In this document: positions 13,301 through 26,208 of the stretch, one piece after another
How the letters are laid out: every line of letters begins with the position of its first letter
How positions within the stretch are numbered: the first letter of the stretch is position 1
NCBI GenBank assembly: GCA_013239625.1
Contig: MU054220.1
Span: forward strand, 3,535,374-3,599,373
DNA: 64,000 nucleotides
Reading direction: 5' to 3'
Source: Lama guanicoe
Taxonomy: Eukaryota
Translations under genes and position numbers: made by a program
Notes under the pieces: model-generated
What the model saw: the letters and a program-made list of their open reading frames with translations, nothing else
The model's database searches: none
Told to the model about the DNA's origin: nothing

Positions 13301-14797
13301 AATTTTGTTCAGCGTGTATAATTACTATCTGAAGGACTGTTTAATAAGACAAAAGCCATTTCACCATTACTGAATATGGAACCAAACTATATTATTTGAA
13401 TTACTGAATTTTTGTAATGCACTTTACTGTCATGTAGACTTTCTTTTTTTGATATTTTATTGAGAATTGATGATTCATTCTTCCAGATAAACTTTAGATT
13501 GATTTTGTTGTACTTCAAAAAAAAAAAAAACCCAATAGGATTTTGGCTGGAATTTTATTACATTGGTGCATTTACATGGGTGATTATTGGTGTCTTTATA
13601 ATATTGGCACTTCCTTCCTATAATGATATGTGCCTCCATTTGTCCATGCTATGTTTTATGCTGCTCACTACAGAACTACATGTTGTAGCTGTCTTCATCT
13701 AGAGCCTACTTACACTTTGCAAAATTTATTGCAAAGTATCTGACAATTAAAAGAAAAGTGTTCATAAGAATTCGACCATAATCTTTTCTCTCCAATACTA
13801 AAAGTTGGATTTACCATACTTACTTGCTTGTGGCTGTAGCAGTTGGGATCCAGCCCTGAAAACAGAAACCACGCTAGTTTACCACAGAATGAGAAATACA
13901 GACAGAACTGGTTAATCTGGCCCTGGAGGACTAAAAGGACGGAACAGAAACTGAGGAAACACAGAGGGCTTAACTTCAGGAAACATCTACCCCCCTCAGG
14001 GGTATGGGAGGAGGGGAAGAGATTTTTTGGAAGAGGTGTCACACGAGGCTGCGGTTCAGACCTCTCTGGAGGGGATGCTGCCTGGCCAGTACTGGTGTCT
14101 CAAGAGCTCAAAAGGGGCCCTCTGCGCAGCTGTCGCTTAGACTTCTGGGAAGAGGGTGCTGGTTGGCTGCTAATGGCACCTCATATAGCTGGACTCTGAT
14201 CCCTAAGAGAGTGAGTTTCTTCCCCTTTTATTTCTTCCTTGGAAACAGAGATTTGCAAATTACCAGAGTTCAAAGTTGTAGGGACAAAAGCAAAAATTCT
14301 TCAAGGTGGTCATTAGCTATAACAGTGAGAGAAGCCACTGCCGCTCAGCATTTCCTGGCCAGGTTGCTGTGGATGGGGTGGGAAAATACTTTATTTTTGT
14401 TGCTGAGGGAAAGCATATCCTGCATCCTGTTAAGACAGAAACTCAACCTTTCAGGATGTTGTCTCTCAAGTAGTATTAACCAAGTCCTCTGAAGGCCATT
14501 CCATTTTTGATCCTAATCGTAATTTTCCATCCTAATTTTCCAATAAAGCTCCCAGCTTCCAGATGATGGAGTACGTGGTGAGGCTAGGGACTCTCATGGG
14601 CCCAAGTCCATGGTTGCTCTTTTGCTTTGAAATGAGTATCTTGATCAGGAGCAATGTTGGGTGGAAAATCATAATGGCAAATAAGGCATTCCATCCGTAC
14701 AGAGATGGCAGAAATATTGTAGGCAAAGAAAGCAAGTAAACATGCAGAATGTTTATTTAACAAAAATTAGTGAGATAATTACGCTGGGAAAGAAGGG

Positions 14798-14814
14798 GAG
14801 AGAGAGAGAGAGGG

Positions 14815-14852
<38 letters not shown>

Positions 14853-14853
14853 T
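14798..14853. repeat. Compound (GA)n(GT)n microsatellite
   Basis: Directly visible. Confidence 0.95.
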
Positions 14854-15261
14854 TTGCCTCTTTGAGAGCAGGGAAAACTCGGGATAGAGTGTAAGAAAGG
14901 TAAATCTTCATCGTCCATCATAGTAAGTCATAGGAAATCAAGAACTAGAACTATAAGCAGGTTATGTAGAACTCCAGAGATTAAGCAACAGAAGAAACAC
15001 CTAAAGCGGTTGCAAGTGGTTGCGTGTCAGGTTCCAGTGAGCAAGAGGAGGCTGCTGGGGTTCGTTATGAGTCTTAGAGACCCATTTGACTTTTTTTTTA
15101 AAGTGATGTATTACTTTGATTAAAACTAAATTTATGTAAATAGAAAAAAGAATCTGGCTCTTAAGTTTGAGTCTGGAGGGTCGTCATTGCCAAGATTCTT
15201 GCCTAAGGGACACAATTGTTTCCATGCTTATGGGGAAAAGGCGCCTCATCCTTGGACCACT

Positions 15262-15280
15262 TCACTGCCCTCTGCTGGAA
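15262..15280 (-). promoter_or_regulatory. CTCF core motif within a small CpG-rich patch (about 15240-15560)
   Basis: The reverse complement TCCAGCAGAGGGCAGTG matches the CTCF core CCASYAGRKGGCRS. Local CpG enrichment and weaker CTCF-like motifs near 15441 and 15468. Confidence 0.65.
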
Positions 15281-17889
15281 AACCGAAGTAATACCTCTGC
15301 AAACCTGCAACCTGCTCGGAGGAGAGGGGCGCCCGCTGGGTTATGCCTGGGGCTGGGTTAGGAAGCGTGGTCCTGCCGTCGTGCACCGCCGATCCGGGGC
15401 ACTCTGACCGGGTCTTTGTCCACAAGCCAGTGAGGTCGTTGTGCCCTGGCGGCTAGAGCAGCGTGGCCTGCCCTCCCTGGGCGCGGTCGCCCATAGGTCA
15501 GGAATGAGCCGGTTGGCAGTACGGGCGGTGCGATGCTTGGGGTCAGGCTGCACCTCGCTTTCAGGGGCTTTCTCCAACCTGACCTCATTCCTCAAAATCC
15601 AGAGTACTGGACTCTTCCCCTTATTGTAACACTCCTGCAGTCTTCACTTCCCGCCCTCCTCCCCAATATACATTTTCTTGGTCATTTCAATCAGAGTTTG
15701 AATGAGAGGTGGTGATGTCAGTACATACATCTTACTGGGGCCTGTGTTCTTCTAGCTCCAATGCTGGGCCTCCGCTTCTTAGCTCTGGTCTCAGAAGTGC
15801 TCACCTTTCCTGGGGGAGAAGCTGCCTCCTAGTAATTCTCTGTGCTAACCCCAGCATTGCCAGGATTGTAGGCCCTGCCCTCCAGAGATGTCAGCTGACC
15901 AAGGGCATAAACCACAGCAGTCAGGGAGAGATACAGACAAGGGCCACTTCCGGTCATTGAGTTTTCCTATCCTAGAATTGGACAGCCAGTTACCACACCT
16001 AGGCTGAGAACAGGCTCACCCTGGCACCCACCTGCCCAACCACCAATGCTCCCAGCTGAGAGGACTTCAGGCTGGCCTGGTCACTGGAGCTGGGAGGTGA
16101 CATTCTTAGACAGGGCTTAGAGAGTAGTGTGGAATCAGAAACTCAGAAAGGAAGCAACTTGATGAGACCAATAGCCCACCCATCCCCATCTAGTGCCTGG
16201 AGCCCTCTACCCTTTCCCTACCAGGGGATCTTCAGCTTACATCACATGCCCCTAGTGGCAAAGAGCTCACTCCCTGTTGAAGCGGGCCCTGCTGTCTCTG
16301 GAAGGATCTGACTCAGAGAGTATTTCCTTCTCCCCTCCTTAATCTGCCGCATTCTATCTCCCATGTCTCGTTCTTGGTTCTTGTCCACGTTCCCTTCTCC
16401 CCGTGATGGCCTCCGAGTATTTGAGGAGAGGGAGCAAGTTCCCCCACTCTCCCCGGGTGGTCCCCTCTCTAGGGAAGGTTGGTTAATTAGACTCTTTCAG
16501 TTGCAAGTGATAGAGCTTAGCTCTTACTAGTTTGGGGAAAACAGGAGGAATTTGGGGCACGACCCTGGAATGGCCAAGGTGCTGCTGGGTCCAGGAGGGC
16601 GAATTCTGTCTCTGGGCTTCCCCACCCCCGGCCGCACTGCTTTCACTCCCAGGCAGGGTGGGAACGCTGGTCCCTGGTGCTGCTCAGCCCCCATCCTACC
16701 CAAGGCAGAGACCGGTCTTTCTGACAGCCATTGAGCACCGGTCAGGGTCAGTTACAGTTTCAGAGACACCGAAACTGGTGGTGGCTCAAAAAGGATGTCT
16801 GTGCACAGGTCAGAGGTGAGAGGTCAGATATCCAGTCTACCTGAGAGGTGGGGACCAGCATTTTCAAATTTCCAGCCTGGAGTGCCCAGAGGGCCATGGC
16901 AGTGAACCAGGGTGTCTACAAAGTCACAGGATGTGCCTGTCATCTTCCTGGAGAGTCCATTTCCCTCAGTGGAAGTCATTGAAAGCACTATTTTTAGATT
17001 TAAACAAAAACGGAAACATCAAGGAGCAGAATGCGGAATCTGTCGTTTTGCAACCCGAGACTTCAAAGACGTGTCACACCTGTGTCAGCTGCTGTGGGCT
17101 GGCTGCCTGGCTGGCCAGGGAAACTTGTTCATTCTTGCACAAGCAGGCATTTTTGGGGAAGATGAGAAAATGCTGGAGGAGAGGCCCTGGGACCCACAGT
17201 CTGAGGGGCACTGGGCCTGGGTCTCCACACAGCAGCAGGGCAGGCCTGTGAGGAGATGGGCTCAAGGACTTACTTCAAAGACAGCCGCCCTGGTGGGCCC
17301 TGGCTGCGCACAGCCCCATGCTCCCACCCGGCATCAGCTCAGCCTCACGCCCAGCTCCCCGGACGGACGTGTAGACCCACCAGGAGGACATAACTGCCTC
17401 TAGAACCTGGTCCCAAGGGCGGAAGCCAGAGCCCAGCGGAGCAAGGGGTTCACGGAGCCCTAGCAGGATGCGCCAGCTGAGACGTGCAGGAAACAGTGCT
17501 GGCTCTACCTGACCGCTCTTCACGGGGCAGCAGGAATTGGAGTGATGCCTGAAATATTTAACCCTAGAAGCTCATGGGACCTACTAATCAGGAAAGACTC
17601 CAGCCTCAAGCCAGGAGGCCCTATTGGATGAGGGTTACCACTCATGGTGCTGGATCATGGCAGGACTTGGGGACTCCAGGTAAGAGGCCAGGGCCAGTGG
17701 TGCAGTGGGGAACACCAGGGGAAATGGGCATCTAATAACCCAGGCAGCTGTCCTGGCTGCAAAGGAGCCCTGCACATGGGTCTGATCCAGCCAGATCAAG
17801 ACTCAAATCCAGCCCCCATTTACTGAGCACCTATTATGTGCCAGGAACTGTGCTGGGAGTCTTCATGACTCCCTCAACCAGTAGAGTGC

Positions 17890-18300
17890 GGTAGAAGATG
17901 CCGGTGTGACTTCCCAGCTGGATCTGAATAATGCCGTGCACTTCTGCCCTGCTCCCCTGGGACACTTGCTCTTGGAAACCAGCCACGCGGTTGTGGGGAA
18001 GCCCCAGCTAACACGTGCAGAAAGACCTCAAGGCAAGAATATCCCAAAGTCCTAGCCAACAGCCAGTGTTGGCCTCCAGCTCTGAGTGAAGACGCCTGTG
18101 ATGAGTCCCACCTCTGCCATCAAGTCAGCCCCAGCCTTCAAGTTTTCTAGCTGAGGCCCCAGGCATTATGGGACAGAGACAACTGTCTCCACTGTGCACT
18201 GTTCAAAATTCAAACCCACAGAACCCATGATCAGAATTAGATGGCTGTCTGTGCACTCAGTTTGGGGGTGGTTTGTAACACAGCGATACTAATTGGAATA
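17890..18300 (+). mobile_element. MLT1 (ERVL-MaLR) LTR
   Basis: cttgctcttggaaaccagcca...cccacagaacccatga...gtttgggggtggtttgtaacacagc, typical of MLT1 ends. Confidence 0.75.
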
Positions 18301-20339
18301 GGTGGATAGTGACAGAAATAACAAAGAACAGAGTGAACTTTCCCCCGCCTGCTAAGGGGTCAGAGGAGGCAGGACCAAAGAGGAGCTGGAAGTCAGTCCC
18401 TGAATCCTGGGGCGCCCCAAGAGATGCCAAAGAGAAGGACTTCACGGCATACCAAGAGAGGAAGGACCCCAAGCTGGGGCTGCCAGCCTGGGCAGAAGCT
18501 CCACAGTTCGGGCAGTCACAGGGCTTGTGATGACTCCCAGAGGTCCTTTCCCTGTCACTGGGGCTGCAGAAACCTCCTCTGTTCCATTTGATCCTAGGCG
18601 GGGAACATTCAATTGTGGGTAAGCCCAGGAGGAGGGGGAGCTCAGAAGAAACTTTGGAAGAGAACTTGAAATGGGTGATTCCTTGCACACCTAAGTTTAT
18701 GGATTAAATGCCTTCCCAGTGCCATAGGCTCCGTGCAGCCCAAAGGAAATCATGTTTGGATGTTTTGCCCCAACCTGACCTCATGGTCTACGATGCTTGA
18801 CTCTGGCCCAAGAAGAGAACTTTGTCCTGTTTACTCTGTAGCCCTGAGGCTTAGCAACAGGCACTTTGTAGGGGCTCAGAGATACTGCCCACTGGGCAGA
18901 GGGCTTCTGGGGACAACCATGAACTCCTCATCCCCTTCAAGCAGAGGCTGGCACAGCCCTGACAGAGAGGGAGCCAGGGCCAGGGCCTCATCCTGTCAGT
19001 TCTTACTATGGCCACCAGATGGCAGGCCAGGGCCAGCCGGGAATGCGGCGGTAGGCCATTCTAGAGGCGACCTGGGACTGGGAAGCCTAGTTTCCTTCAA
19101 GGGCTCTGGTGTCGTTGTGGCTGGGGGGAGTGGGAGGAGGGGCAGCAGGGGCAGCTGCGGCTGTGGAGGCCAAGGCTGTTGATCTGAATTAACCAAAGGG
19201 CTATCACATGTTCCAGGGTGCCCCACCCACCCATACTTTTGGCCACACACCTCATCCCCTTTAATCTGCAGCACCGAGGTTTCTGGTCTGGCCTTAGGAC
19301 CCCACACTCCCAGGCCTTTGCTTATCATTCTGGGGCTGTGTTTGTGCCACAGCTCATTTTGGGGCTGAGGCCTAAGGTGAGAGCTGGGTAGGGTCTGCAG
19401 CATCTGAGCCTCCATTTCTTCATCTGTACAATGGGGAGGCTCTTGCCTGACTGCGAGGTCAGTGGGAGAATGCAGTGTCTTCACCCCCCGCAGTGTCGCT
19501 CAGTGCTCACGGTAACCCCAAACAGCAGGAACGGCCCATATTCTAATCCCCATTTTGCAGATGAAGAAATTGATCCCCATGGATGAGAAGCAGCTTACCT
19601 CCTATTACCCAGCAGAGCCAGGATTTAGACCCAGATCTGCTTGGGGTTCCCTCCCCTCCCCCACACTCCCATTCTGCCCTCCTCCCCCCTCCTTCAGCTT
19701 GGCCCTTTCTCATCTTCTCTGTTGAAAGGGGCCCCTCCGGTGCCCTGTGACCCCAAAGATCCAGGTCTCCTGGGAACCTGCAGTCAACACCTTGACCTGG
19801 CACTTTGCTGGGCACAGCGGCCCCTGGGCCTGCCCAGATGGCTCTGTTGACTTGGGCCCTGTGCAGCCCGGCTTGAAGGCGAGACCCGGGAGAAAAATTC
19901 TGGGATGTGGGATTAGACAACCTGGAGTATTTTTTCACCAAGCCTCAATTCCTCAGCTATAAAATGCAAGTCAATTTACAAGATTGTTGTAAAACAGGAA
20001 ACATTGAAAGCGCTTGGTGACAACAGTGCTAATGGTCACCCTCACCACGACCTTACTGTGTGCCAGGCTCCAAGCTATGCCCCTTTCTTCCATGATCTCA
20101 CCTAGTCCTCACCGAAACCCTGTAAGGTTGACATTATTATTGTTTATGTTGTATTTTTATTGAAATAGAAATTACATAAAGTGCACGAGCCTTGTGTGTA
20201 CAGCTCGGTGACTTTTCACAACTGCATAACCACTACTGTGATAGAGATCACTTCCAGCACCACTGAAGGCCCCCTCAAGCCCCACCATAAATGCCTCACC
20301 AAAGGTAACACTGTAAGGATGGGGTTATTTATACCCACT

Positions 20340-20465
20340 TTTTTTTTTGTGGGGGAGTAATTAGGTTTACTTATTTTTATTTTAATGGAGGTACTGGGGA
20401 TCCAACCCAGGACCTCGTGCATACTAGGTGTATGCTCTACCACTGAGCTATACCCGCCCCCCTCC
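20340..20465 (-). mobile_element. tRNA-derived camelid SINE (Vic-1-like)
   Basis: The minus strand shows an A box (tagctcagtgg), a B-box-like ggttggatccc and an A-rich tail. TSD atttatacccact / atttatgcccatt at 20327-20339 and 20466-20478. Confidence 0.85.
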
Positions 20466-21699
20466 ATTTATGCCCATTTCAAAGAGAAGTAAACTGAGGC
20501 TCTGGGAGGGGCAGTGCATAGCTGCTATGAGCTGGGACCAAGATTAGTCTGTCTCTTACCAAAACACATGGTGATCCATATGGGCTATAAAACAGTTACT
20601 TCTTCCTCTTCTCACCTCTCTGCTCTGTTTCCTGCTCTTCCTCTGCCTCCATTGTTTTCTTCTCCATCGCTTCCCCCTACAGCCTCTTTTTTAAGGGCAA
20701 CCTGTTGTCATTTCACAGACTTACCACCAGATGGAGTCAAAGGACCAACTGCTGAAGAGTGGCTGGGCTCTTAAGGACTTGGAGGCCTTGGGCCTGGCAA
20801 GTGCCAGGGTTTCTGGGCTTTGGGGGTGAGGGTGGAGAGCAGAGAAGTCGCTGGTGCTCATCTTGGGCCCTGCCCAGCAGACATGGCAGAGGTGACCCCG
20901 ACCCAGCCTGGTCCATTGACACCCAGACAGATAAGAAGATAAAAATACAGGCTGGGGCTCAGAGATGAACACTGGACTGGGAGTGAAGAAACCTAGGTTC
21001 TAGTGTTATCTCTCTCACATACTCTCTGAGTCACCTGCCTGCCTGGCTCAGGGGGTGGTCTCTCCACCTTCAAGGTAAACTCTTGTCTTTTTGCATTTGC
21101 TATTCCCTGCACCTGGCATGCTCTCTTCTCTACAGTCTGCCCATCCAAAAAGCCAACCTAAGAAGCCCAGTTCAATTGCCACTACCCCCAGGAAGGCTTC
21201 CCGGACTGCATCGTCATTGAATTGGTTATCTCGGCTGTCCCCAGTGCAATGGCTCAGTGAGAAGGAGACTCACCCTGAGACTCTTGGTGGTCTTCTATAC
21301 CTCTTCCTAGGAGTGGCTGGATTTTAGAGGGCAGGTGGGGTGTGCCTGGGCCCCGCTGGGGTGCTTAGCCTTGTGCAAGGCTACGGGGAATACTGAGAGG
21401 CTAAGCTTATGTCTTCCCTCATCTGTGTCCTGCTGGCATCTGTCATCTCCAGACCCTGAAAAGTCAACCTCGCAGAAGGCATGTCAGGAAGAGCCTTCAG
21501 GGCTCGTTAATCACACAATGGCCCAGGTCACTCAGCACCTTGGCAACAAGACCGTGGCTCAGCCCTGCCTCAGGTCCTCAGCTCAAGGCCCCCCAGAAGG
21601 CCCTACAGGACCCTCCCAGGTCTAAGGACCTTGCCATACCACCTCCCATACCACCTCCCCTGGCTGAAGTCCTGTGGGGCCCCCACCCAAGCCCTAGCA

Positions 21700-21960
21700 G
21701 GTGGGAAAGGGATAAATTGGGAGCTTGAGATTTGCAGATACTGACTGGTATATATAAAAGAGAAAAATAAGTTTATACTGTATAGCACAGGGAACTATAT
21801 TCAATATCTTGTAGTAGCTTATGGTGAAAAGAATATGAAAATGAATATATGTATATCCATGTATGACTGAAGCAATGTGCTGTGCACCAGAAATTGACAC
21901 AACATTGTAAACTGACTATACTTCAATTAAAAAAAAGTAAAGTCCTTAAAAAAAAAAAGA
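21700..21960 (+). mobile_element. Camelid-type L1 3' end with poly(A) tail
   Basis: tatagcacagggaactatattcaatatcttgt...actgactatacttcaattaaaaaaaa. Confidence 0.85.
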
Positions 21961-23719
21961 GTAAATGGGCCCTGAGCAAGAGGGGCTCATGAGTAAAATG
22001 CATGAGCTTTAAGGTAAGCTGTCTTCAGCAACTTCTTCCTCACTCCTGGTCTTGGTTATGAACCCAGGAGACATTGGGCCAGAACCTGTGGTTTTAACTA
22101 TGAGTCGTGTCCTCCTCAAGGGCTCTTGTGGTCATATTGTCCACTCCATTGACCCACCACAGCCTCCCCTTGCCCTCCCTCACCTGGTGTTCTGCAGCAG
22201 ACCCCTGGCTGGACATCCCACCTACTAATGGTCCCTGTCCACTCCACCCACAATGCACTGCCAGCCATTGTCCAGAGGACAAATCTGATCACCTGCCTTC
22301 AACGCTTGAAACCTTTTGTTGTCTCTGTAGAGCTTCAGAATAAAGCCCAATTCCCTACCTTAGTACAACACTCTTCAAGTTCTCACTTCTGGGGATCCCT
22401 GTAACCTCTCCTTACACTATATCCCTGCTCCCGCATTCTTTGCTGTAGCCACAAAGAACCAATACAAGATGCTGTGTTTCTCTGGCTTCACATGGATTTT
22501 TCTGTCTCCCCTTTCCTCACTTCCTCTCAGCTGTGAAAATTCACCCAGGTGTCACCTCCTCCAGGAATTCTCCATTGCCTATTTCTAGGCTTATCTGAAT
22601 GCTTCCATCACCACGACCTCTTAGACTGTAGGAGTGATTTAAATCACAGACTCTGAGCACCAACCACCTGGGTGCAATTCCCAGCTTTTCCTCTTCATCG
22701 CCATGTGATCTTGGGCAAGTCACCTGACCTGGTTTCCCCACCTGTAAAATGGGACTAAGAGCTCATTTACGTCATCATGTGTCAAGCTCCTAGTACCATG
22801 CCTATCATTAGTACCCACTTAGTGTGAGCCATTTGCAAACTATTTTGCTTATCTGTCTTGTAATCATTGGTTTCCAGTCTTCCCACTAGCCCCAAGCTTT
22901 TCAAGGGCAGGCACGGTCTTTATTCATCTGCAGTCTTCTTCCTTGGTATCTGGTGCAGATCCAGGCACACAGCAGCTGCTCAGTAACAGTCAAATGCATG
23001 AATGGAAGTCAAGTGCAACATTGTCTGGGAGGTCCTTTCGCAGCAGAAGTGAACACCCGGCACTGTGTGAGTGAGTTTTCCCTGCATGTCAATCATCTCC
23101 CTGGAACCAGATGGCAGGCTCCCAGGGATGCGGGAGCAAGACTGTCCCTTCCGTTGGCCATGGTGCCAGTTACTGTGCCTGGCACACTGAGGCCTGGGTG
23201 GGTACCCGGAAGGCTAATCTGGGGGTACTGTCCATGGTGCTGAAGAGAACTGCCAAGTGACTAATTCCTCTGCCTGAGATAGATGTTGGGAAGTGGAAGG
23301 ATTTGCTTCAGGGAAGCCAGGAATGGATTTTTCATCCCCAGATCTCAGCCAGCACATTTTGTTCTGACATTTCCCTGGCACCTTTGCAAATGACGTGATG
23401 TTGCCTGTGCAGCTCTTTCCCCTGCTTTCAGAATTCCTTGGAGAACTGTCATATCCCCCAACCACATTCCCTACCACCACTGCAGTCACCTCTAAACTTG
23501 GATGTATCACCCAGAGACCTGGACTAAAGAGACTGGAATACAAGCTGTGGCCCCATTTGCCAGCCAGCCAACTCCAAACTTTCTGCAACCTGCTCGTCTC
23601 ATCTACAGGTGGTCGCAAGCTCTGGCAACCTCCTGACAGCCCTGTCTGCAAAGGTAAACTAAGCAGGAAAATGCTGGCCATAAAATGGCCATGAAAATAA
23701 ATTTAAATCTTGTGCACAT

Positions 23720-24060
23720 AGTGGGGTTAAGTGGTCTAAGCTTTTAGACAGACTTCTGAGTTAGAATCCCCTGTGTGACTTTGGGTGATTTTGCTCCTCC
23801 TTGAGCCTCAGCTTCCTCAGCTGTTAAATGGGAGTAATAATATCTTCCTTGAGTGTTACTGGGAGGATAAAATTAGACAATATAAGTAAAAAGACTGATG
23901 GTTGTGCCTGGCACATAATAAATGCTAACTAAATAGTAGCCGTTATCCCTCTGACTTAGAATTTCAGAGCTGAAAGGGAATCTAGTCCAACCTCTTCAGT
24001 TTACATACAAGGAACTAAGGCTCAGCTAGGTGAAGGGACTTCTTTAAGGTCACACAGGCA
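23720..24060. mobile_element. Two MIR SINE fragments in opposite orientation (representative of many MIRs across 19-61 kb)
   Basis: MIR core ttgagcctcagcttcctcagctgttaaatggg and its reverse form aggaactaaggctcag. Confidence 0.75.
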
Positions 24061-24488
24061 GGAAAGGAGAGGACTCAGGACAGAGGAGGATCTTTAAATT
24101 TGTGAGCTATGGATGTGTTATAACACCAGGATGCTATGGTCAGAGGTATGGGGTTGCCCACAGAATGGAAGTCAAGGTGTTTTTATTTAGCTGCAGGAAA
24201 AGTCCTTAATTTAAACCTTAAAAGCAAATCCCCTTGCCCCACCTTCATCCCATTTATCCCTCAACCACATTGCCAGGGTGGTATCAACATTATCCCCATT
24301 TTCCAGATGAGAACACGGAGGCTCAGAGGGCAGAGGAGGCTAGTGCAAGGCCAAACAGCTGCCTCTCAACCAGGATTGACAATGAAGATCATGTGAGGTG
24401 AGCAGGCAGGAGCTCCTGAAGCAGGCCTGGCAGATGTGCTTGCAAATTATAGCACCCTTTTTTCCCTCTTGAAGGGACCAGTCCTCAC

Positions 24489-24613
24489 ATTTCAGAGTGA
24501 GAAAAAGCATCTCCGCAGAACCCAGTGCCTCTGTGATGCCGCAGGCTTAGAGCCCAGTCTCCTTCGAAGATCATGGAAAAGATGCCGAAAATCACAGCCA
24601 GTGGAGCGGCTGC
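24489..24613 (-). pseudogene. Pseudo-exon, 125 nt: AAAPLAVIFGIFSMIFEGDWALSL...
   Basis: ctctctgtcacctcccag acceptor and gtgagg donor. AVIFG...DW resembles recalled DNAAF9 YLVFIG...KDWL. Confidence 0.5.
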
Positions 24614-25009
24614 CTGGGAGGTGACAGAGAGCTGCTTAGCAAGTGGGGCGAGAGGGTGGGCTGCAGGGGAGGCATTAGGGGCATCTGAGGATGCTTTTTA
24701 TCTCCCAGCGCATGTGGCCAGGCCTGGCTGGAATCACAGAAACCCATTAGGCTCCATCCGGGGAACCTGGGCTCAAATCCCAGCCTTAGTGCTTAGAGCA
24801 CTGAGACCTGAGATTGAGTCTCCATGATCACTGAGCTCCATGATCATCTTGGAACCTCAGTTTCCAGATTTGGGAAATGGGAATAACAAGCCCTACCTGA
24901 GAGTATTAAAGCAAGTGTATGAGATGATTCACATGAAGCACCTGGCACAGTGCCTGGCACATAATAGGTTCTCAGTAAGTGTCAATTGCCTTCTTGTCTT
25001 TCCAACTTC

Positions 25010-25480
25010 ACCTGTATTTATTCAGCAAGTATTTAGGGAGCATTTACTGTATTTCTATTCCAAGTCACGATGACCTAGCAGTTAACATGGCAGCTGCTTG
25101 TTCTCATGAATTTACATTTTGCTGGAGAAGGTCAGGAAAAGAGCAGCAAATAATGAACAAGAAAAGTTTAACTGTCAGTAAGTGCTATAAAGAACTTTAA
25201 ACTTTGTTGTGCTGGGGAGTGGAAGATGGTAACCTTAAGTAGGAGAATTGGGTTGGACCTTTCTGAGAAAATAACAGTGAGCAGGGGCCCCAATAAAGAT
25301 CTGGAGGGAAGAGCCTTCTAGGCAGAGGGAACAGCAAGTGCAAAGGTCCTGAGGTGGGCACAAGCTTAGTGCCCTAGAAAGGTGGCCAGTGTTGCTGGGG
25401 TGTAGGCAGTAAGAGAAGGGGTCACAGATGAGGTGGGAGGGGTGGACAGGGCCTGATCAGGTAAGGCCTTGTTGGCCCTG
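25010..25480 (-). mobile_element. L2 LINE 3' fragment
   Basis: ttcagcaagtatttagggagcatttactg and ggcagagggaacagcaagtgcaaaggtcctgagg. Confidence 0.75.
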
Positions 25481-25737
25481 GGGAAGCGCTTACTTGTTTT
25501 ACCTTCTCCGGTCTTGATGGACCTTCAGCTCTTGGTAACTTTTCTATCTTCCAGAATCTCTTAATAGTCTGTAAAGTGACTTAACTAGGCAGAGCCTTTA
25601 ACACTAGCAATGAATCTTAAAATGTCAAAACAGGATGGGTCCTTGGAGATCTATGAATCTAAAACTCATTGTTCAAATCGATCAAATGAGACCCAGAGGC
25701 AGAAAGCGACTTGCCAAATGTCACAAGTTAGAGACAC

Positions 25738-26208
25738 TATCAATTAGGATCACATACATCTGTGAGTGACAGAAAGCCCCCAAATCAATGGCTTAAACAA
25801 GTTCATTTCTCTCCAGTAAACTAAGGGAGATAAGACTCTGGAGCTGGTACAGCAGCTCCATGACCCTTAGGGACCCAGGCACCTGCTAATTTGCTCTACC
25901 ATCCTCAACATGCCACTTTTATCTCATGATCCAAGAAGGCTGCCCATCTGCAGCCGTCATGGCTGCATTCCAGAGCAGAAAAGCAGAGGGTCGAAAAAGA
26001 ACAAGCCCTTCCCCAAAATGACGCACTCCAGGTATTGCCCTTATACTATGGCCAGAACTTAGGCATGTGGCTGCACCTCACTGCAAAGGAGGCTGGGAAA
26101 TGTAGTCTTTACTCAGGACAGCATGTGCCCAGCCTAAAATTAGGGGTGGCAATTCAGTAGGAAGGAGAGGAGAACAGATAATGAGGGACAGCTGGCCATC
26201 TCTGCCAC
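25738..26208 (-). mobile_element. MLT1J-like LTR
   Basis: aatggcttaaacaag...tgcaaaggaggctgggaaatgtagtcttt...tctctgccaca. Confidence 0.75.

Noticed and set aside
20395..20465. tRNA-like sequence
   Set aside because: It is the head of a SINE with tail and TSD, not a tRNA gene.
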